Assembly (NCBI RefSeq): GCF_009914755.1
Contig: NC_060935.1
DNA length: 64,000 nucleotides
Strand: one strand, 5' to 3'
From: the human T2T-CHM13v2.0 reference genome, Homo sapiens
How positions within the stretch are numbered: position 1 is the first letter of the stretch; each line of letters opens with the position of its first letter. The position numbers and the translations under genes are program-made. Of this stretch, positions 39,693 through 51,845 are shown one piece after another. Below the pieces are notes generated by a model. The model ran no database searches. It was not told where the DNA came from and saw only the letters and a program-made list of their open reading frames with translations.

Positions 39693-42689
39693 TGCTTATT
39701 GTTTTGTTTTTTCTTATTTTTTTCCATTGTTGAAAGACATTTCATGAAACTTCTTTTTTGTTGGGGTGAGTAACAGACAGCTAACCAGCACTTTCTGAAT
39801 ATCAACTTTTCCCAGGTTTCTTTAAAATGAATGAAAGCTGTCAGAGAGAGGCCCGGATCAAGCCAAAGGGTCACCGGCTAACCTCTGGAGTCCCCCAGAA
39901 TCCATCACACCTTATATGGGCTTGCCCCACAATTCAGTTCCTAAGTTTTTGTTTTGTTGGTGTTCAATTGTTCCAGTTTAGAAGAGTGACCATTACTAGC
40001 AACAACTGTTAGCAAACTGCCTGAATGACTTTCTTTGACCCAGATCAGACTATGTATAGCCGTATTTAACAAAGAATAATAATACCAAACATTGTCAGAA
40101 GGAAAAAACAAAAAAAAACCCTATTGATTCATCCTAAAGGTGAAAGAGACAGAACGAAATTTAGAGTACCTAAACTAAATAAGCATATAAACATATACTC
40201 TCAATGCAACACCAGTAAACTAAGATGCGGGTACAAGTGAATAAAACAATCTTCATTGCCAACACAACGCTCCAGGATAGACTGCTATAAAGAATCTAAA
40301 CTTCTTTTGCATCCTCAGGTCAAAGGTCATGGATGAACCACAGTGACAAGCAGGCTTCCTGCGCCAAAGACAATCCGTTTACTCATCATGTTGTGGGGTA
40401 CTAGCCCCCCCCAACTGCTTCTTGGCATACGTCTGACTCCCCTCCTTCCCCATTATACTCACCCATTCAATAACTTAATGAGACTGACATAAAGCTGAGA
40501 GCAGGTGTGTGCAATATGTTGTTTTCATCTCCCCACTTGGAGTTATTAGCACCTCCCATCACTCAATTTGGCAGGTCCATTTTAATATTAGCATCACATA
40601 CAAGCTGCATCCTTGAGAAAGGAGGCCATTTCAGACTTTTCTGGTGAACTATTACTTAGATAATAGAACATTTATTTTATGTCATTATAAAATTAAACTT
40701 TACCTCTGGGTCTTTAAAGGCTAATAGTTCAAATTCCCTTTTTGACATGCAAGAAGATAAGATTTTCCTGACATGAAAATATAAAAGGGCATTTTTAACC
40801 ACTGTAACAATTCTGCTAGGCTGCTTAGTGCAATGGAATATTTTTTCAACTATATAAAAACATGTACATTAACATACTTTTGAAAACTACACCATGTCAC
40901 TCATGTAAGGAAAAGTTTAATGCCCTCACTATACTGCCATGCTACAATAGTTTTACATCTCAGTTATGTACATCCAAAGTAGGATTCAGAATCATTCACA
41001 ATGTCAATCATATATATGGCACTGCTTTAGCCAATAGTATCCTCCATTACACAATTACAATCTGTTTGAAGAGAAAGAAAAACATTTGACAAAGTGGTGC
41101 ACGAAAAATAAGGCGAACATATGATATAATGCTCTACTTCCTTTTACACGATTTCATATATTTTGAGGGAGTGCAGGAATGTATTCAAAAGAACAGATTA
41201 TTCATTTTTGGAAGTTAATTACCTATTATTAAGTTCTAAGTACCATGGGAAATCAGTGTGAGCGTTTGAGTAGTGCTTGCCTATTGAAAAGAGAAACCAC
41301 ACCAAGATTTCTTTGTTAAAGGTAAGGTAGGTTCTTACTAAAGCCACACACATGGGTTACTTCTACATAAACCTTAACTACCAGAATAGAGTTGACATGA
41401 TTGAAAAGATTACTATAAGAAGTTTTCTAAGTTTGCTAATAAAGATGGTAAATTACTAGGCTGAAATCTGTCATTTGTTAATCAAATTTAATAGTAATTT
41501 CTTCCTGCAGACACATGCAGAAGACAAATTATCAATTTCTGTAAATCATAATTAGTTCAGAGGCAGATTCCAATTCTCCTAAAGATTAGCTCCGTGTAGT
41601 TTAAATTAAAGGCACTCAGTTACCACACAAATTGTAGAAAACCTTACCCTTCACTGAGGTACTTGAAATCTTGGGTTATGACCACTTGAAGGCTTGCGGT
41701 AATAATTCAAAATGCTTTTACTTTGTTATATTCACCGGTGCCAATTTTCACTAAGTGCACAGGCAAGAGACTGTGTAGAGGAGTATCAAACGCAGCTCTT
41801 GTCTGCTATGTTTTCCCCCATGTAGATGGCTTTGCTGCCACTGAGACGCAAGGCCCTTTCCAATCTTTAATTTTCTTTAAGAGTGGATAAGTGCCGTGAG
41901 CAAAACTGCTCACCACTGCTCTTGAGGTGCTTATTTAAAAAGAAATAAAACATGATTAATTTCAAGTGCTTTACAATTAAAAATATATGACAGGAGGGTC
42001 ATCTGGGCAATTTAACTACATCGGGAAGGGTCATGGGCCTCTGAAGTTTGAGAAACCGTGAGCTAGACTCAGTGCATGTATTTATTGTCACTGGTAGCAT
42101 ATTAGATTATTAAAAGGGACATGCTAATGTGACATTTTACTATTACAAAGGAAACTCAGTACTAAAATTAGAGCATAAATCAGGCAGATATACTTCCAGA
42201 CATGCAATCAACTCTGTCTTCCACTTATCTTCCTTTACGCATCAAGGGGTTATATTCGATTTCATTTTGTATTTATTTGTTAACTATATGTGTCGCTCCT
42301 TTCTAAGTTCAATGTGAGTAACAAAAATTCAGCCGCATCCCAGTAAAACAGATTTAACTTTAATGCACATAAAGCAAGGTGGTTAGGATGTCAGAAAAAT
42401 ATACTTTAAAAATCAAGACTAAAATATAAACCTATTAGTTTTGAATATTTATCCAGATTACATTTCATATGCAAGATTCTCTTCAATAAAGCTTTCTTCT
42501 TTATTACAGGAAAGTATTTCTATGCATAAAATAGTAAGATTTGTCTTTGAAAAGAGCATGACAACCCAACCAATTCTGTTCCTAAAACAATGGCTAGTTT
42601 GGGGGCGTAAACAGTAGACAACATAAAGTAAATCACTGTCAGGAAATAATAATTAGCATCGTAAAAATAACCTCCACTGCCTCAGCTGA

Positions 42690-43426
<737 letters not shown>

Positions 43427-44462
43427 AGCCTTACCATCTTTAACATTAAAGATGTATAGCCTAGCCATGCCATGGCAAATGCATGCTATTGGTCAAAAGG
43501 GTGATTCAGGAAGTATGTGAAAATGGTTCAGTGGATATTAAAGGGAAGGAGGGAAGAAGGCAGGGAAGGGGAGAGGTGGAAAGCCAGGGAGAGAGGAGGT
43601 GCCCTGTAGAAATCCTAAAAGTGCTTTGCCTCACTATCTGAGAGCCTATGACCATTCTTTTTTTCTTTTTTTTTTTTTTAATAAAAACCACAACATATTT
43701 AGGTCATATATATTTAAACATCAAATAGGAATACACAATAATTAAGAAAATGGCTAGCTGGCTAATTTATTCTGAGTTTGTCCCATACTAACTAAAAAAA
43801 AAAATTAAATCTATATAAAACGAAACAATGCTTATGAATTAAACACTGTATTTCATGCCTTAAAAGAACTTAGCGCATTAGCAATTAGCATTTTCTTTGT
43901 TTTGAATTCATTGAATTTATATCATCCTTCAACACTGTTTAGCTAAAGCAAACAAAAACAAGAAAATCACATTATTCTTTCTAAGCCATATAAAAGTGAT
44001 CTGGAAAGTCACGTTTAAAATCGCTATCATGGATTAGCTTAAGGCAATTATTTCACTTGCCGCATTCTTTTACGAGAAGTTAAAAAAAAAAAAAAAAAGT
44101 CAAGCTTCTTGCCTAACAAGAAAAATGAAATCCCATTAGTTGTGTTTCCAGTGTATATTAACATTCCTTTTGTTTAGAAAGGTTAATATCCCCCAAATAA
44201 AGGAGCATACAGTGCCTGTTAAAATAATTACATCATGACATTTTAGAAAGGTTGGCAGATAGACATGGTTGCAAAAGCAAGGAAACAAACAAAAAAAAAG
44301 TAAAAGCGAGTAGTTTTTAAATTATCTGTGACTTCAAAAAATGAAAAAGACTGGAAATTCCACCATGTTTGCAATTTCCTGCCACCTTGTCTGGTCTCTG
44401 GTATTTGGCTTTTCTCCTTCTTCTTCAATATCTTTCTGTCATAGAAACTTAGGAAGACGTAC

Positions 44463-44492
44463 CTTCATGCTCTAAATCAGATGATCTACTAT
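44463..44492 (-). other. Candidate exon: 30-nt microexon, or 5' end of an alternative last exon
   Basis: ttgtcgtttccttttcag|ATAGTAGATCATCTGATTTAGAGCATGAAG|gtacgt. Phase 1 is open (xSRSSDLEHEx); phase 2 gives immediate TAG TAG. Confidence 0.5.
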
Positions 44493-45844
44493 CTGAAAAG
44501 GAAACGACAAATCTGACAACAAAAGAATTTCACAACAGATAGGCAGTTGATAGCATGAGGCACTAACATTAAACCCAAGTCTTTCAATGGCCACTTGGAG
44601 TCCCAGGGTACAGAATTTGGTGTCACGATAAAAGAATAATTTTTGTATTCTAGCAAGCTGATCTAAGAGCCCAACATCAGTAAGACTGAAATCAGCGAGC
44701 AATGAAGTCTTCAGATTCTCCCCTATAAGACCTAGAGAAAACACTTCAAATTGTATGCAAACAAAATACAGAACTCTGGCCCTAATGCTTGAGGCAGAGA
44801 GAAGCAATTCTCCAGATATGTAAAATAAATTATTAATCTTTTAAACCTCTGGACACACAGAAAACATTCTCTTAATCAAAAATAGGCACAGTAGTAATAT
44901 AAAACCTAACCAGCATGCTCTTTCTCATTCTCTAGGGCATAGGAGCCCCTCTGCAGCTCTGGAATTGGACGGCCTCTTCCTGCACTGCTCCCAAGAAAGT
45001 AGTGAATGAAGTAGGCAAGACAAAGATGAGGAGGAAGAAAGACAATGGTTTTCCTCACCACCACTTAAACCATAGGAAGCTTCCTCAGTTAATGACAGCT
45101 CAACCTCTGGACAGCAGGTCAGAGAAGCTAATTGAACAAGTACTTTAGGAGTTTATTAATATTCCCAAAAGTCATAGACTGCTTTACATCCGCAATTCCC
45201 AATAATGCCAATAACAAATTGTGCAGATGTAGTGATGAAAACACCACTGCCTTAAGAGTCTAAAAAAAGAATCCAATAAAATCAAATTAAAAGCCCCCAA
45301 GTTACCATAACAAAATCTCTGAAACTGTATAAATCTACTAAAGGGAATTCAGTGCAACATCTCACCTGACAGTTTCATAACAAAATTGTGACGGAAAGTC
45401 TGTCCCAGTTCTATACAAAAGTGGAGTACTGATCCCTTTGGCAGAGGGCTTGTCAGCACGGAATGATGATTCTAAGTCCCCATCTGATGCAGATATAGTG
45501 CCCTGCATTTAAGAAGCAATCCTCACGCACTTGTGCAAGAATGAATGAATGAACCAATGCATGGCTTACATGGAATAGTCTTCTAAAACAATCTCTAACA
45601 CATCTAAACTGATATTTTTATATAACTGTCACAGGCTATGCAGAGTGCTGGATAAAATAGAGGAAATATTTTCTTTTCCCAGAAGCCAGCTAAGAGCTCA
45701 TCTCCAGGAAAAATATTACAGGATGAGCAAAGTAAATTCCTTTCTCTTCCATATTCAAAGAATATGTGTTTCTTAGTAAAACAACAGAGAAGACTTAGGA
45801 AGAAGAAGAGGAGGAGCAGGAGAAGGTAGAAAAAACACAGCATT

Positions 45845-46432
45845 GTACAGTGATGGGCACTGTTTTTAGTATTTTTGTGTATTTTACACTAATTGGCTTA
45901 ATCCTCACCACTGCCATATGAAATAGATATTATTATTATTATCCCCATCTTGCAGTCGAGGTAAGACAGAGGTAAGTTTCACTCAGCTAGTGCCTGTCAC
46001 AGCCAGATTTCCAGGCCAGGCAGTACAGCTCCATAGTATTCCACGGTGTATATGTACCACATTTTCTTCATCCAATCTGCCACTGATGGGCATTTAGGCT
46101 GATTCCATGTCTTTGCTATTGTGAATAGTGCTGCAGTGAACATATGCGTGCATGCGAACTTGATTTCTCTTGAGATAACTTTTGAATTATTTCCTTATCT
46201 TTGTGTTCTGGACTGAAAATGCTAAAGGCTTTTTGAGTTTGATAATTTCTATTTATGTAATTCTAGCAAATTAAGCTTCTACGAGATGTAGAGAAGTGTT
46301 TTTGTTCAAGAAAAACGGAAATGGGTACAGACAGGATTTCTTTTAACTGGCATGAGTGGACACATTAGAGATGTTTAGGGAAATCTTCTCTGTAATGTAC
46401 TGGTGATGAATGACCCATGTTACTGTGTTTAT
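45845..46432 (-). mobile_element. MIR interrupted by the inverted duplicate
   Basis: MIR runs to ...ccaggcagtacagctcca and appears to resume gacccatgttactgtg at ~46412. Confidence 0.7.
46024..46413 (-). repeat. Left arm of ~390-bp inverted duplication (copy of 48049-48438)
   Basis: Manual alignment: ~34 substitutions and 3 small indels (~90% identity), including a ~50-bp identical block. Confidence 0.96.
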
Positions 46433-46434
46433 AA

Positions 46435-46612
46435 CAGCACTGTCCAACAGAACTTCCTGTGTTGGGAATACTTTACATCTGCATTGTCCAATACAGACAT
46501 CACTAGCCACATGCAGCGATTGAGAATTGCAATGTAGCAAGTGCAACTGTGGAAGTGAAGTTTTAATTTTACTTAATTAAATCTAAATAGCGGCATGTTG
46601 CTATTTAAACTT
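46435..46612 (+). mobile_element. MER3 (hAT-Charlie MITE)
   Basis: cagcactgtccaacagaacttcctg...cactagccacatg. Confidence 0.87.
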
Positions 46613-47349
46613 AAGTTTAATTAATTCCATAACATTTTGTTAAAGCTTTCTTTTGGTTCAGTTAATGGAATGCAAGACTGTTATATATGCCACTCTTTGA
46701 AATCAACTCTTAGCAAGCTCCTTCTCTCATGTCAACTTCAATCTTTAGTGCAGTTGGCCAGAAACTAGTAAGATTCCCAGACTGAGATAGAATACGCAGA
46801 GAAGTTGAAGGGTGACTTGAGTTCATGCCTCAATCCATAATCCAATCCAGCTTTTATCAGAGCTCTGACCTGGAGGTTCAGGGAGTGGTATTCAGATTCT
46901 CATTCTGCTCCTCCTTGCATTGGGAAAGGAGGGTGGTAAGTGGGTAGACGTGATTGGTAGGATGGGATTTGAGCCTTCCTGAGTCCCTGGATATCGTCTC
47001 ATCCCAATTCCTAACAATCAGGAACTAGGAGTATTCAATTTGTAAGGATTGTTAGGTATGTGAAAGGCATGGCACAAGATAAGGCTAAAAAACTAGGCTA
47101 CGGCCAGACTGTGAACCGAAGCAGTGATGGGCTGTTTTTGTTTGTTTAAAACCATGCACAGGAAAGAAAAAATCTAGTGTCCAGCACACAGTACAAAATT
47201 AATAAACATTTAATCTGGCAGCAATATCTCTGCTGATCTGGAAGCAGAAGAGACTAAACAATAGGGAAAACAGTTAACAAGAATCTAATGCAGTGAAAGA
47301 ATTTCAAAAAATTACTGAAGAAGGTGAACTGATTAAAAGATATGGGGAA

Positions 47350-47545
47350 ACTATCATTTACTAAGGACCTACTATGTGACAATCATGCTAGTCATTATTT
47401 TAATTAGTTCTCACGACTCTATAAATTAAGCATGATTATTCATGTTTTCAAATTGAGTAACTAAGGCACAAAGAATATGTAATGTTCCGAAGGTCACACA
47501 GTTGATAAGAGATCAAGTGAATATGCAAGCCTAGATCCGTCTGCA
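47350..47545 (-). mobile_element. MIR
   Basis: gaaggtcacacagttgataagagatcaagtgaatatgcaagcctagatc. Confidence 0.7.
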
Positions 47546-48048
47546 ACAGAGGACGAAGCAACTTCTTTCCACCCACATAACCCTGATATTCTTAAGACCT
47601 GGAAATAAACTGGACAAGGCAGGGCAAGGAAGGAGGGTCAAGAAATGGTAGGAGGTTACTGAGCCTTGATGACGGACCCTTCTACTAGGACAGCCAACAA
47701 CTGCTTAAAGCCCTGATGGGAGCATTGGAGACACAAACTTCAATAGGACACAGTCCTTTCTTTGAAGGGATTTACAGGTGGCCCAATAATTACAATATAA
47801 AGTGACCTAAGCCCTAAACAGCAATAGGGAGGTCATGGGAAAGAGCCAAGTTTATGTATATCACATATATCTCTGAAAACTATAGGACTATAATAACTAG
47901 AAGTTTTCAAATAACACTGAAATTCAAGATAACCACCTTCAGAGTGATTCAAGATAACTGTCTCCAGAGTGTTTCTCCATATCATTAAAAAAGGACTCTC
48001 AACAAATTAGTAATAATTAACTTAATTATAAGATTTTATGCATTCATT

Positions 48049-48438
48049 TCATTCATCCCAATACATTATAGAAAGAATTTCCCTAAACATCTCTAATGTG
48101 TCCACTCATGCCAGTTAAAAGAAATCCTGCCTGTAATCATTTCCCTTCTTCTTGAACAAAAACACTCCTCTACATCTTGTAGAAGCTTAATTTGCTAGAA
48201 TGAGATTAATAGAAATTATCACTCTAAAAGCCTTCAGCATTTTCAATCCAGAACACAAAGATAAGGAAATCATTCAAAAGTCATCTCAAGAGAAATCAAG
48301 TTCTCATGCACGCATATGTTCACTGCAGCGTTATTCACAATAATAGCAAAGACATGGAATCAACCTAAATACCCATTAATGGCTGATTGGATAAAGAAAA
48401 TGTGGTATATATACACTGTAGAATACTATGCAGCTATA
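48049..48438 (+). repeat. Right (donor) arm of the inverted duplication
   Basis: ~255 bp of unique flank plus the first ~135 bp of the L1PA insert. Confidence 0.96.
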
Positions 48439-48790
48439 AAAAAGAATGGATCATATCCTTGGCAGGAACATGAATGGAGCTGGAGGCCATTATCCTTAGC
48501 AAACTAACACAGGAACAGAAAAACCAAATACTAATTGTTCTCACTCATCAGTAGGAGCAAAGTGATGAGAACACATGGATGCAACGCAAAAAGGAGAACA
48601 ACAGACACTGGGGCCTACTTGAGGGTAGAGGCTGGGAGGAGGCTGAGGATCGGAAAAAATAACTATTGGGTACGAGGCTTAGTACCTGGGTGATGCAATA
48701 ATATTTACAACAAATCACTGTGGCGTAAGTTTAACCATATTACAAACGTGCATATGTACCTCTGACCCTAAAAAAAAGGTATAAAAAAGA
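48303..48790 (+). mobile_element. 5'-truncated older L1PA (approx. PA13-PA16)
   Basis: Degenerate ORF2 C-terminus (MFTAALFTIIAKTWNQPK...EYYAAIKKN), 3'UTR and A tail; TSD-like agaaatcaagtt / agagatcaagtt. Confidence 0.92.
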
Positions 48791-48964
48791 GAGAGAGATC
48801 AAGTTATAGGCAAACTACCTACAAATCAAAAACTAAACAGATTTAGCTCAAGTTTAAATTACTAACACACACACACACACAGGCACAAATTCAGAAAGCA
48901 GGCTGATTTTACTGAACAGTTCTCTTATACTTTATGCATCGTATTACTCTTTTCCTGAGGTAGG

Positions 48965-49310
<346 letters not shown>

Positions 49311-50649
49311 TTACTAGCCCATTTTATGAAATTAATATTCTATATTTTCTAAGTATTTCCCATATAATTATATGATTTTATATTATATATATTATATAAT
49401 ACATATTATATAATATAATGAGGACAGTAAGGTCAAATAAGTTGACCTAAATAACCTGCGAATTTGGAAGAAATTACAAGCAAATATAAAAATATTAACA
49501 ATTTTGATACATCTAATGTCTCCAAAAGCAAAACTACAGGAGGAAACGACAAGTACCCTGCAGTAAAGCAGATGTCACTTACGAACATTTTTCACTGGCC
49601 CTCCAGCACCTGACACAGACCATGGCACATAAAGTGTCCTTGATAAATATTTTTTGAATGAGTAAATAAATAAATAGGGGAATGTCAGTGAATGACAGGT
49701 CTAATGAAATCAGTGGTATATTCCATATCCTTATAAGGGATTTTTTTTAAATGTGGCTATACAACATTTCAAGTATTTGTTTAAAGTAGCCCTTTCAACA
49801 GGGAAAACAGCAGTCCATGTAAATCCCAATGTGACCTCTACCTAATAGTATATGAGAAATAACTACTGCTTTTAAGCTAAACTAAAAAACTTTTGTCAGT
49901 GTTTGTGTTTAATGTACTACTATAAAATATACACACGAGACAAACTGATGCTGTAATGGCTTTTTTAAGAACACAAAAACACCAATTGCCTGAAGAAATA
50001 TATATATTATTTTCAGACATGTAACCATTCTTTGTATTCTACAATTCTTATAAGATAGCATTATAACCAAAAGGGAAGACTAAAGTGTATTCCAACTGTG
50101 TTATAACATTACAATGCAAACATTTTTGTAATCCCTTTTTGGAATTTTAATACTGGCTTACAAAAATCAACTGTCTTTTAGAGGAATCTAACAAATAATA
50201 CAACTGTGAAGAAAATTGAAATATATGCTCTCTTCATCCCCCTCCTGGAACAAAATCTCCAATATGACAATGGAGAAGCAATGTCCCTCGGGCCTTTCAG
50301 GAACCCCAGCTAGATGTGCTGGCAGAAGCCCAGGCTCCCCCAAAGGCATTCGCTCCTGCTGTACCCCAGCCTGCTTCCCATTCAGGTTTCTGCCAGTATA
50401 AACAGAGCCACGTGTAGGAAGACAACGCTGCTCTATTAATACCGGGAAAGTAAACAGAAGGAAAAAGATTTTCCCAGACTTTCAGCACTGGGTTCATTCA
50501 TTCAGTTTTAAATGTTTACTGAAGTTCCCATTGTGTTGAAAGTGTGGGGCTAGGAAGTGAGTCTTATATCCTTGAAAATTTCCCTGTCACAGCTTTAAAA
50601 ATCTATACAGGCCATAAGGAGATGCCAAAGGGTCCAAGCGCAGAGGTTA

Positions 50650-50870
50650 CCACCACAGACTTTCAATCAGTCAGCCTTGATTTCGGTGTTGTCCACTTAT
50701 TAGCTAGTGGTCTAGGGCATGTTACTTAACTGTTCTAAGCTCTGTTTTCTTTTCTGTAAAATGGGGATAACAAAATTGCCTTTCCCAAAAATACTGTTTG
50801 TGACGATTCATAACATAATGTATTTTGAGCACAGCACCCAGCATATGGCAAGTGCTCAGTCAATAATAGC
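50650..50870 (+). mobile_element. MIR
   Basis: ctgtaaaatggggataac...gcacccagcatatggcaagtgctcag. Confidence 0.85.
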
Positions 50871-51124
50871 TGTCTGTGCTTTAGCTAAATAACACGTCTA
50901 TTTACTTACTCAAAAGTATTAAACTATGTTTAATATAGTATTAAACTATATTCAAACTATGTTTTAATTTAATGAGTACTTAATAGGAACCTCTCACAGG
51001 TTAGACATTGAGAACACAGATAAAACAGAAAAAAGTCTGTCTTTTGGGAGCTTACAGTCCAGTACAACAGACAGACACTAGATAATTACTTGATTATAAT
51101 GTGGTAATTGCCATAAAATTGCAT

Positions 51125-51845
51125 TTTATTCCTAATAGCTTGATTGAGGTCTAATAAATGCATAATAAAGTCCACATATATGAAGTGTACAGTTTAATGA
51201 GTTCTGGCACAGCTGTACGCAGCTGCAAAACATCACCACAATCAAGAGAAGAAACATACTCATCACTTCTAAAAATTCCTGGTACCCATCTGTCATCCTT
51301 CCTATAGCAGCACCATCCACCACCTCTCAAGCAGTCATTGATCCTCCTTCTCTCACTCATTGTCATTTATTTTGAATCTTTAAAATAATTGTATAGAAAA
51401 AGATTCATAAAGTATTGTATTAGCCCATTTTCACGCTGCTGATAAAGACATACTGGAGACTGGGTAATTATAAAGAAAAAGGCCTCACGTGGCTGAGGAG
51501 GCCTTACAATCATGGCGGAAGGTGAAAGGCATGTCTTACATGGCAACAGACAAGAGAGAAGAACAGAACTTGTGCAGGGAAACTCCTCTTTATTAAAACC
51601 ATCAGATCTTGTGAGACTTATTCACTATCACGAGAACAGCACAGGATAGACCTGCCCCCATGATTCAATTACCTCCCACCAAACCAGGTCCCTCCCACAA
51701 CATGTGGGAATTACGGGAGCTACGATTCAAGATGAGATTTGGGTGTGGACACAGCCGAACCATATCAATTATTACACTCTTTTTATCCGGCTTATTTCAC
51801 ACAGCATAATTATTTGGAGATTAATGTATGTCACATCAGTAATTT
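51125..51845 (-). mobile_element. Old L1M 3' fragment split by THE1B
   Basis: gcttgattgaggtctaat...aagtgtacagtttaatgagtt; resumes ggcttatttcacacagcataattatttggaga after the LTR. Confidence 0.8.
51416..51767 (-). mobile_element. THE1B MaLR solo LTR
   Basis: tgtattagcccattttcacgctgctgataaagacata...gacacagccgaaccatatca; near-TSD agtat/attat. Confidence 0.93.

Noticed and set aside
48316-48507. ORF similar to the L1 ORF2p C-terminus
   Set aside because: Real homology, but a frameshifted fragment of a truncated L1, not a gene.
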